Positions 20,581-27,964 of a stretch of 32,761 nt of DNA are shown here, piece by piece. The stretch lies in NCBI GenBank assembly GCA_020028535.1, contig JAIBHM010000002.1:1-32761 (forward strand), written 5' to 3'. The DNA comes from Armatimonadota bacterium. GTDB taxonomy: Bacteria > Sysuimicrobiota > Sysuimicrobiia > Sysuimicrobiales > Kaftiobacteriaceae. The notes beneath the pieces were generated by a model that did no database searches, was not told where the DNA came from, and saw only the letters and a program-made list of their open reading frames with translations. The translations under genes were made by a program, and so were the position numbers. How positions within the stretch are numbered: position 1 is the first letter of the stretch; every line of letters begins with the position of its first letter.

Positions 20581-20601
20581 CCCTAAACCCTAGTCCCTAT
20601 C
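20581..20601. repeat. Three tandem imperfect heptamers CCCTAAA CCCTAGT CCCTATC
   Basis: Read directly in the intergenic region 30-50 nt upstream of the DUF951 start. A related CCCTACCCTAT occurs at 12050-12060, upstream of hspR. Confidence 0.5.
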
Positions 20602-20630
20602 CACCCCGCCATACACAATGGAGTTGCCCC

Positions 20631-20843
20631 GTGCCCGTGATCAAGCTCTACATCGGAGACGTGGTGCAAACTCGCAAGACGCACCCGTGTGGGAGTGACC
20701 AGTGGAAAGTCGAACGGCTGGGCGCGGACGTCGGCATCCGGTGCCAGGGATGTGGGCGGTACGTGTTGATGGAGCGGGTGAAATTCGAACGGCGCATCAA
20801 GAAGTTTGTGACGCGCCCGCCCGAGACAGAGGGCCGGGAGTAG
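20631..20843 (+). CDS. DUF951-family small protein (YyzM-like)
   Basis: 70 aa. GDVVQTRKTHPCGSDQWKVERLGADVGIRCQGCGRYVLMERVKFERRIKKF matches the conserved DUF951 pattern. The position immediately upstream of the ychF-rpsF-ssb cluster matches Firmicutes. Confidence 0.8.
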   Translation: MPVIKLYIGDVVQTRKTHPCGSDQWKVERLGADVGIRCQGCGRYVLMERVKFERRIKKFVTRPPETEGRE

Positions 20844-20871
20844 CGTTTCCTTTCTCAGGGCAAGGGAAGCG

Positions 20872-23800
20872 ATGATGTTCTACGCCTGGGGCGTTGCGAT
20901 AGCGGGGTGGGGGACTCTGCTGGCGCTGCTGGTGGGGACGCCTCCGCCGTCGCCGTCGCTCGTCATCATCTTCACACTCCTCGCCGTCGTCACTGAATGG
21001 CTGATGGTGCCGCTCCCCCGCGGGGGGTTCCAATCGGCCGGCCTGGCTGTGGCGTCAGCGGCGCTGCTCATCATGGGCCCGGTGTATATGGCCCTGGTGA
21101 TGGCGATCGGCGTCGTGGTGGGCAACGGCCTGCTGCACCGCCGCCCGTACCTGAATACCGTCTTCAACAGCGGTCAGTACATCGCGGCGTCGCTCCTGGC
21201 GGGCGCGGCGTTCATCGCCATCGACCGCAGCGCGGCCCTGACGCCTCTGGGATCGCCGGTCTTCACGGGCCGGGTCGATGTGACCTTCTGGGCGGCATTC
21301 CTCGCCGCGGTGCTCGTCTACATCGTCACGAGCAGCTTCCTGGTCAGCATCATGGTCGCCCGGCGCGGGGCGACCCACTTCCTCACCGTCTTCCGCGCCA
21401 ACATCGCCTGGGAGATCGTGAACAACCTGGCCTTCGCCACGCTGGGCCTGGTCCTGGCGTTGATTTTTCTGGGGTCGCTGCCCGCGGGCGCTGTGATCCT
21501 CACGGTGCCGCTGCTCCTGGTCGGCTACATCCTCATGTTGAACACGACACGGGAGCAGGCGCACCGAGAGCTGGAGATCATCGAACGCATCGGCCGGGCG
21601 GCGATGACGCTTGACCTGGAACGGCTCTTCGTATCACTGTACGACGAAGTCGGCAAGGTCATGCCGGCCGAGGCCTTCTACATCGCGGTCTACGATGCAG
21701 AGTCGGATCAACTGACGTTCGAGTTCCTCATCGATTCGGGCGTGCGCTTCCCCCGGCAGATCTACGACCAGGGGCAGGCCATCCGCCAGATTCTCGAGCA
21801 ACGCCGGCCTGTGTTGGTCAACCGCAGCCGCGTGGACATGGCCACCCCGGATGCCTTTGAGCGCGTGGGCCACACCGAAAAGCGCAGCGCGTCGTTGATG
21901 TTCGCGCCGATCGTCAAGGGCGACCAGCCGATCGGTCTGATCTCTGCGCAGAGCTACACGTTCATGGCGTATACGACCAACGACCTCCGCCTGCTGGAGG
22001 CGATCGCCGGGCAGGTGGCCAGCGCCATCGAGAACGCACGGCTCTTCGAGGGCAGCCGGCAAAATGTCGAGCGGCTGACGACGCTGCAGCGGTTGTCCAC
22101 AGCCATCGCTGGGACCCTGGAGATGGAGACCCTGCTGCCCGCCATCGTGGAGGGCGCGCAGCAGGCCCTGGGGGTGGATCGCTGCGCCATCTATGTCTCG
22201 GACGGCCAGGGCGGGCTCGCCGATGTCTACGCGCACGGGTTTCCGCCCGAGTTCACCTCGATGATGCGGCGCGCGCTGCGGGGGCCAATCGGTCCGCTGC
22301 CGCTGGACTTCAGCAAGCCCCAGATCATCGAGGACGTGGCGAACCATCCGGTGCTTCGCGCGATACGGGAGACGCTGTACCGCGGCGAGGCGGCCCCGCT
22401 CGCGCAGATGCTGGAGAGCGCCCGCAGCGTGGTGATGCTGCCGTTGATGTACCGCGGGGAGCAGATCGGCGCGCTCGGCCTCTATCATGAGAAAGTGCGC
22501 CACTACAACGCGGACGACGTGCTCCTCGCTCAGGCCATCGCCAGCCAGGCGGCGATCGCGGTGAAGAACGCCACGCTCTTCGCCCAGGCGCAGCGCCGGG
22601 CGGCGGAGGTTGATCTGCTCAACCGCTTGATGGGCACGGTCACCGGCACCCTCAACCTGGAGGAGCTGTTCCACCGTATCGTGGAGGAAGTGGCGAGCAC
22701 CTTCGGCTACTCGCACGTCAGCGTCTACCGGCGCGATGGCGACTACCTCCTGATGCAGGCGCAGGTCGGTTACTCGCACGTGCACGAGCGCATCCACATC
22801 ACGAAGGGGATCGTCGGGCGCGTCGCCCGCACCGGCAAGCCGGTGCTGATCACCGACGTGAGCCGGGATCGCGACTACATCTCGGCGGACCCGGCCGTCC
22901 AGTCCGAAGCCTCGGTGCCGATCCTCAGCGACGAGCAGGTCATCGGTGTCCTGAACATCGAAGCCCTGGCCGACCGCGCGCTGACCCCCAGCGATCTCGT
23001 GCTGCTGCAGACGCTGGGCCGGCAGCTCTCCATCGCGCTGCGCAACGCCACGCTGTACGAGGAGGCCAAGCGGGCCCGTGACGAGCTGAGCGTGCTCTAC
23101 GAGGCGGCGAAGGCGATCAGCAGCTCGCTGGAAATCGATTCGGTGCTCGACAACCTGGTCGAGGTCCCCTGCCGCGCCTTTGGGTATGAGTTCGGCGCGA
23201 TTCTCCTCACCGATGATCGCAGCGGCGACCTGATTATCGAAACGACCCACGGATACCCGCCCGGCACTCGCGGGTACCGGATTCCGTCCGGCAAAGGGAT
23301 CACCGGCTGGGTCCAGCGCACCGGCAAAGCCGAGGTGGTCGCCGATGTGCGCCAGGACTCGCGCTACATCGGCGTCAACGAGCAGGTCGTCTCCGAGATC
23401 GCGGTGCCGCTCATCATCGAGGGTCACGTGATCGGCGTCTTCAACGTCGAGAGCCCGCGTAAGGCTGCGTTCGGGGATCGGGATATGGGTATCCTCACGA
23501 CGCTGGCCGGCTACGCCACGATTGCCATCCAGAACGCCCGACTGTACGAGCAGACCAAGCACCTGGCGATCACGGACGGGCTCACCGAGCTCTACAATCA
23601 CCGCTATCTCCACGAGGCCATGGAGCGCACCCTCGAACGGTGTACCCGCGACGGCCAGCCGCTCGCGTTGATCATGCTCGAGATCGACAACTTCAAGCGG
23701 TACAACGACACCTACGGCCACCAGCGCGGCGACGAGGTCCTGCGCATCGTGGCGGACCTGCTGCGCAAGGGGAGCCGCACCAGCGACCTGGTGGCCCGCT

Positions 23801-24069
23801 ACGGCGGCGACGAGTTCATGATCGTTCTGCCCAATACCCCGAAGGAGACGGCGAACGACGTGGCCGAGCGTCTCCGCCGGGCCGTAGAAGCGTATCCGTT
23901 CATGCTCGGCGAGAACATCAACACAAACGTTACGCTTAGCGTCGGTGTCACCGCCAGCCCTGAGGACGGCGAGACCGTGGACGCGCTCGTGGACGCCGTC
24001 GACCACGCGCAGTACACGGCCAAGCGTTCGGGGGGCAACAAAGTCCAGGTGGCGCACCTCCTGCACTAG
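20872..24069 (+). CDS. Polytopic membrane sensor with about four GAF domains and a C-terminal GGDEF diguanylate cyclase
   Basis: 1065 aa. The N-terminal ~230 aa hold multiple TM helices. Four repeated GAF-like modules each end in an IA(I/S)..NA.L(F/Y)E-type helix. The C-terminus reads DGLTELYNHRYL...IDNFKRYNDTYGHQRGDEVL...ARYGGDEFMIVLP, with an intact GGDEF and an RxxD I-site (RTSD) five residues upstream. Confidence 0.9.
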   Translation: MMFYAWGVAIAGWGTLLALLVGTPPPSPSLVIIFTLLAVVTEWLMVPLPRGGFQSAGLAVASAALLIMGPVYMALVMAIGVVVGNGLLHRRPYLNTVFNSGQYIAASLLAGAAFIAIDRSAALTPLGSPVFTGRVDVTFWAAFLAAVLVYIVTSSFLVSIMVARRGATHFLTVFRANIAWEIVNNLAFATLGLVLALIFLGSLPAGAVILTVPLLLVGYILMLNTTREQAHRELEIIERIGRAAMTLDLERLFVSLYDEVGKVMPAEAFYIAVYDAESDQLTFEFLIDSGVRFPRQIYDQGQAIRQILEQRRPVLVNRSRVDMATPDAFERVGHTEKRSASLMFAPIVKGDQPIGLISAQSYTFMAYTTNDLRLLEAIAGQVASAIENARLFEGSRQNVERLTTLQRLSTAIAGTLEMETLLPAIVEGAQQALGVDRCAIYVSDGQGGLADVYAHGFPPEFTSMMRRALRGPIGPLPLDFSKPQIIEDVANHPVLRAIRETLYRGEAAPLAQMLESARSVVMLPLMYRGEQIGALGLYHEKVRHYNADDVLLAQAIASQAAIAVKNATLFAQAQRRAAEVDLLNRLMGTVTGTLNLEELFHRIVEEVASTFGYSHVSVYRRDGDYLLMQAQVGYSHVHERIHITKGIVGRVARTGKPVLITDVSRDRDYISADPAVQSEASVPILSDEQVIGVLNIEALADRALTPSDLVLLQTLGRQLSIALRNATLYEEAKRARDELSVLYEAAKAISSSLEIDSVLDNLVEVPCRAFGYEFGAILLTDDRSGDLIIETTHGYPPGTRGYRIPSGKGITGWVQRTGKAEVVADVRQDSRYIGVNEQVVSEIAVPLIIEGHVIGVFNVESPRKAAFGDRDMGILTTLAGYATIAIQNARLYEQTKHLAITDGLTELYNHRYLHEAMERTLERCTRDGQPLALIMLEIDNFKRYNDTYGHQRGDEVLRIVADLLRKGSRTSDLVARYGGDEFMIVLPNTPKETANDVAERLRRAVEAYPFMLGENINTNVTLSVGVTASPEDGETVDALVDAVDHAQYTAKRSGGNKVQVAHLLH

Positions 24070-24102
24070 GGCGGTCATCGCCCCTCCGCGAAGCCAGGTA
24101 GC

Positions 24103-25197
24103 GTGGCTCTCTCCATCGGGATCGTCGGCCTCCCCAACGCCGGGAAGTCCACCGTCTTCAATGCTCTGACCCGCGCTTCTGTCGCCGTCGCCTCGTACCC
24201 GTTCACGACAATCGAGCCTCATCACGGCGTCGTGCCGGTTCCGGACCGGAGGATTGAGGAGATTGCGGCCGTGACTCATCCCGAGCGCACCGTGCCGGCG
24301 ACTGTGGACTTCGTGGACATCGCGGGGCTGGTGCGCGGCGCATCCCGCGGCGAAGGACTGGGCAATCAGTTCCTGGCGCACATCCGTGAGGTGGATGCCG
24401 TCGCACACGTAGTGCGCTGCTTCCCCGATCCTGATGTCCCGCACGTGGAGGGGGCGGTCGATCCGGTCCGCGACATCGAGGTGGTGGAGACCGAGCTGGC
24501 GCTGGCCGATCTGGCGACGCTGGAACGGGAGATCGAGCGCCTGCAGAGTCGCATGCGGGCACACGAGGCCCATGCGCTCGAAAATCTGGAGCGCGCCGTG
24601 GCAGTCGCCGAGCAGCTCAAAGGCGGCATGCAAATCCGTCGTCTCCCCCCCGATCCGGAGAGGGACGCGCTGCTCAGGCCGTTCCGGCTGCTCACGGCGA
24701 AGCCTGTGGTCTATGTCGCCAACGTTGCGGAGTCAGATCTCCCAGACGGTGGACCCGGGGCGGGCCGGGTGCGAGGCTACGCGTCCCAGGTGTCTGCGGC
24801 GGCGGTGGTGCTCGCGGCGAAGCTCGAGGCCGAGGCGGCGGCGCTTCCTGCGCAGGAATCTGTAGAGTTCTTGGGCGCGTATGGGCTGCAGGAACCCGCG
24901 CTGTGGAAACTCATCCAGGCGGCGTACCGGCTGCTGGACCTGGTGACGTTCTTCAGCACCGTCTCAAAGGAAGTCCGCGGATGGTCGGTGCCCCGTGGCA
25001 CGAAAGCATCCGAGGCGGCGGGCAAGGTCCACACCGACATGGAGCGCGGGTTCATTCGCGCGGAAGTGATCAACTGGGAGACGCTGGTGAAGGCGGGATC
25101 GCTGCGGGCCGCCCACGATCGCGGCCAGGTCCGCCTCGAAGGGAGGGACTACGTCGTCCAGGATGGCGACGTCATTCTCTTCAGATTCGCGGTGTAG
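24103..25197 (+). CDS. ychF: Ribosome-binding ATPase YchF (Obg-family)
   Basis: [37 protein letters not shown] and the C-terminal TGS-like FIRAEV...[12 protein letters not shown] start at 24103. Confidence 0.95.
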   Translation: MALSIGIVGLPNAGKSTVFNALTRASVAVASYPFTTIEPHHGVVPVPDRRIEEIAAVTHPERTVPATVDFVDIAGLVRGASRGEGLGNQFLAHIREVDAVAHVVRCFPDPDVPHVEGAVDPVRDIEVVETELALADLATLEREIERLQSRMRAHEAHALENLERAVAVAEQLKGGMQIRRLPPDPERDALLRPFRLLTAKPVVYVANVAESDLPDGGPGAGRVRGYASQVSAAAVVLAAKLEAEAAALPAQESVEFLGAYGLQEPALWKLIQAAYRLLDLVTFFSTVSKEVRGWSVPRGTKASEAAGKVHTDMERGFIRAEVINWETLVKAGSLRAAHDRGQVRLEGRDYVVQDGDVILFRFAV

Positions 25198-25203
25198 GGC
25201 GCC

Positions 25204-25233
25204 CTTGTACGGCCGCAAAGGCGGGTGCTATAA
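25204..25233 (+). promoter_or_regulatory. Putative promoter of the rpsF-ssb-rpsR operon (TTGTAC-18-TGcTATAAT)
   Basis: -35 TTGTAC at 25204-25209, extended -10 TGCTATAAT with TATAAT at 25228-25233. It lies in the 99-nt gap after ychF and leaves a roughly 55-nt leader containing the palindrome ATCCCGCGGGAT (25253-25264). Confidence 0.5.
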
Positions 25234-25296
25234 TTGTCCGGACCCGTGGGGGCATCCCGCGGGATTTCTTTCGGTCTGAGCTTTTTGGGGGTTGCG

Positions 25297-25722
25297 GTGA
25301 AGAGTTACGACCTCGTCTATATCGTCCGGCCCGACCTGGATGCGGACGCCCTGAAAGCCGTCACCGAGCGCATGAGCCAGCGCATCATCGACCAGGGTGG
25401 GACCATCGAGGCCGTGGAAGTCTGGGGCAAGAAGCGCATGACGTTCACGGTGAAGAAATACCGTGAAGGTATCTTCGTGCATACCCGCTTTGCCCTGCCG
25501 CCGAACAAAGTAGAGGAGATCCGCCGTGCCGCAGCGCTCACTGAGGACGTGCTGCGCGCGACGATCACCAACGCGGTCGGGAAGCTTCCCGAGGCGAAGC
25601 CGGCGGAACCGTCCTCGGCGACTGCCGTGACAGCCCCTGCACCGGCGGCGACTCCGGCAGCCCCGCTGGCTCCGGTAGTCCCGTCGACCCCCGAACCCCA
25701 GAGCGGCCCCGCGGAGGTCTAA
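25297..25722 (+). CDS. rpsF: 30S ribosomal protein S6 with a Pro/Ala-rich C-terminal extension
   Basis: VKSYDLVYIVRPDLDADALKAVTERMSQRI...VEVWGKKRMTFTVKK is an S6 core. GTG 25297 is chosen because the ORF-track start 25234 would include the promoter and leader. Confidence 0.9.
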   Translation: MKSYDLVYIVRPDLDADALKAVTERMSQRIIDQGGTIEAVEVWGKKRMTFTVKKYREGIFVHTRFALPPNKVEEIRRAAALTEDVLRATITNAVGKLPEAKPAEPSSATAVTAPAPAATPAAPLAPVVPSTPEPQSGPAEV

Positions 25723-25726
25723 GGCT

Positions 25727-26140
25727 GTGCTGAATCGCATCATCCTGATTGGCCGGCTGACCCGGGATCCCGAGTTGCGCTACGTGCCGAGCGGCCAACC
25801 GGTCGCCGGTTTCACGCTTGCGGTGGACCGGCCGTTCGTCAACCAGCAGGGCGAGCGCGCGACGGACTTCATCGATGTCGTCGCCTGGCGTCGCCTGGCC
25901 GAGCAGGTGACGCAGCATCTCAGCAAGGGGCGGCTCGTCGCAGTAGAGGGCCGGCTGCAGATCCGGTCATACGAGACGCAGGACGGCCAGAAGCGGAAGG
26001 TCGCTGAAGTGGTGGCAGACGCCGTGCGCTTCCTGGACCGTAAGGCCGGCGCGGCAACGGCCGCCGTCACACCGGGAGCTCCGGCGCCCGAGATGGAAGC
26101 CGAGGCGGGAGACGGCGACGGCGACGACGTCCCGTTCTAA
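25727..26140 (+). CDS. ssb: Single-stranded DNA-binding protein
   Basis: LNRIILIGRLTRDPELRYVPSGQPVAGFTLAV OB-fold N-terminus and acidic C-terminal tip DGDGDDVPF. GGAGG lies 9 nt upstream of the GTG. Confidence 0.95.
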   Translation: MLNRIILIGRLTRDPELRYVPSGQPVAGFTLAVDRPFVNQQGERATDFIDVVAWRRLAEQVTQHLSKGRLVAVEGRLQIRSYETQDGQKRKVAEVVADAVRFLDRKAGAATAAVTPGAPAPEMEAEAGDGDGDDVPF

Positions 26141-26173
26141 GACGATGAAGACCAGAGGGGTAGAGAGGTAAGT

Positions 26174-26434
26174 ATGCCAGACACGAGAGACCGCAGGCAG
26201 GGCAAGAAAGAGTGGCGCGGCCGGCGGCCCAAGCGCCGAAATTGCCAGTTTTGCAGTGAGAAGGCAACCTTCGTCGACTACAAGGACATCAACCGGCTGC
26301 GCCGGTTTGTGACAGAGCGCGGCAAGATTCTGCCGCGCCGCGTCTCGGGCAACTGCGCGCGCCATCAACGCGTGCTGGCCGTCGCGGTCAAACGCGCCCG
26401 CGAACTCGCGCTGCTGCCATACACCGCCGAATAA
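26174..26434 (+). CDS. rpsR: 30S ribosomal protein S18
   Basis: [60 protein letters not shown]. Confidence 0.95.
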   Translation: MPDTRDRRQGKKEWRGRRPKRRNCQFCSEKATFVDYKDINRLRRFVTERGKILPRRVSGNCARHQRVLAVAVKRARELALLPYTAE

Positions 26435-26455
26435 CCCGCGCGCGGAGGCGCGTCT

Positions 26456-27520
26456 ATGTCCACTCGCTCCCTCTCGGTGCGCGGCCTGACTGAAGGCGCC
26501 ATCCTCGCCGCCCTGGTTGCCTTGTTCGCCCTCGCCGCGCGCTATTTTCCGCTCATCGGCATTGTCTCGACGTTCGTCACACCGCTGCCCCTGACCATCC
26601 TCGTTGTGCGGCAGGGCATGCGGGCGGGCGTGCTGGCCGCGCTCGTGGCGTCGGTGATCGCGGGCATGATCGGAGGTCCGCTGACCGGTCTCGCCATTGC
26701 CCTGACCTTCGCGCCTCTCGGGATCGCGTTCGGCGGCGTGCTCCGGCAGCAGCGGCCCGCCTCCACCGTGTTGCTGGTCGGATCCGTAGTGTCCACTGTT
26801 TCGATCCTTGTCAACGTTGCCATCACCCTGACCATCTCCGGCATCAATCCGTACGCGATGCTGATCCAGGGAATGGTCCAGAGCCAGGAAGAAGCGCTGC
26901 GCTTTTATGCACGCTTGGGTCTCGACGAAGCCCGGATGGAGCAAGTCGCCGGTCCGATGCGTCAGATCTTTCAGATCATGCCGCGACTCATCCCGTTGCT
27001 GGTCGTCGTTGGCGGGATCACCACCGCCTATGTGAACTTTGAGGTCACGCGTTTCGTGCTGCGTCGATTCCGTCATCCCGTTCCGGCGCTGCCGCCGCTG
27101 TCATCGTGGCGGATTCCGGGGCTGGTGATGTGGGCACTCCCGCTGGGGATTGGGCTGATCTGGCTGGCGCATGCGGCTCCCGTTCCGTTCGTTCTGCCCG
27201 GAGCGACGATGCGCATGCTCCCGCCGGATGACGTGAGCGCAGCCTTCTACGCGGCCTCAAGTCGCTATCCCGCGATGGAGACGGCAGGACTCAACCTCTC
27301 CATCTTCACGCAGATCATTTTCTCAATGATGGGACTGGTGGCGGCCTGGGTCCTGCTGGAACGCTACGGGGCGCCGCGCTGGCTGCGTTGGCTGGCGGTC
27401 ACGTTTGCCTTCACCTCCCCTCCGCTCAGTATCGCCGTCTTCCTCCTGGGTTTGGCCGACGCGGCCTTTGACCTGAGGACCCGATGGCGGGCGGCCAAGA
27501 CCGCGGAGGTGTCCGCATGA
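26456..27520 (+). CDS. DUF2232-family membrane protein (YybS-like)
   Basis: The N-terminal LTEGAILAALVALFALAARYFPLIGIVSTFVTPLPLTILVVRQG pattern and the polytopic profile match YybS. The position between rpsR and rplI matches Bacillus. Confidence 0.8.
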   Translation: MSTRSLSVRGLTEGAILAALVALFALAARYFPLIGIVSTFVTPLPLTILVVRQGMRAGVLAALVASVIAGMIGGPLTGLAIALTFAPLGIAFGGVLRQQRPASTVLLVGSVVSTVSILVNVAITLTISGINPYAMLIQGMVQSQEEALRFYARLGLDEARMEQVAGPMRQIFQIMPRLIPLLVVVGGITTAYVNFEVTRFVLRRFRHPVPALPPLSSWRIPGLVMWALPLGIGLIWLAHAAPVPFVLPGATMRMLPPDDVSAAFYAASSRYPAMETAGLNLSIFTQIIFSMMGLVAAWVLLERYGAPRWLRWLAVTFAFTSPPLSIAVFLLGLADAAFDLRTRWRAAKTAEVSA

Positions 27521-27963
27521 AAGTCATCCTGCTGAAGGACGTACCGGCGCTTGGGCAGGCGGGTATGGTAAAGGAAGTAAAGGACGGGTACGCCCGCAAC
27601 TACCTGCTTCCACGGGGCTTGGCGGCGGAGGCGACCGAAAGTGGCTTGCGGTTGCTTGCGGGGCAGCAGCGGGCGCAGGCGGAGCGCACGCAGCGCGATC
27701 GGACTGAAGCGGAGAAGGTTGCCGCAGCGCTCGAGACCGCGGTCATCGAGATTCCAGGGCGGGGCGGCGAGGGCGGGCGGCTGTTTGGATCCATCACCGC
27801 GCAGGACGTCGCGGAAGCGCTGACGCGGGCCGGCTTCAGCGTCACAAAGAAACAGGTGGAGCTGAACGAACCGATCAAGACGGCAGGATTCTATAAAGTG
27901 CCGGTGCGCATCGGATCCGGCATCATCGCCCAGGTAGATGTGAACGTGGTGGCCGCCAAATAG
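27517..27963 (+). CDS. rplI: 50S ribosomal protein L9
   Basis: MKVILLKDVPALGQAGMVKEVKDGYARNYLLPRGLA. ATGA overlap with the upstream stop. The ORF-track start 27484 is inside the upstream gene. Confidence 0.95.
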   Translation: MKVILLKDVPALGQAGMVKEVKDGYARNYLLPRGLAAEATESGLRLLAGQQRAQAERTQRDRTEAEKVAAALETAVIEIPGRGGEGGRLFGSITAQDVAEALTRAGFSVTKKQVELNEPIKTAGFYKVPVRIGSGIIAQVDVNVVAAK

Positions 27964-27964
27964 C

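Noticed and set aside
20581-20601. A CCCTAAA-type sequence that resembles plant-type telomere repeats.
   Set aside because: There are only three imperfect units, inside a bacterial intergenic region flanked by ordinary genes. This is not a telomere and not evidence of eukaryotic contamination.
21634-24633. 999-codon ORF on the minus strand opposite the GAF-GGDEF gene and ychF.
   Set aside because: It is a shadow ORF typical of high-GC DNA. The translation is Arg/Ala/Gly/Asp-rich and low in complexity with no motifs, whereas the + strand encodes unmistakable GAF, GGDEF and YchF sequences.
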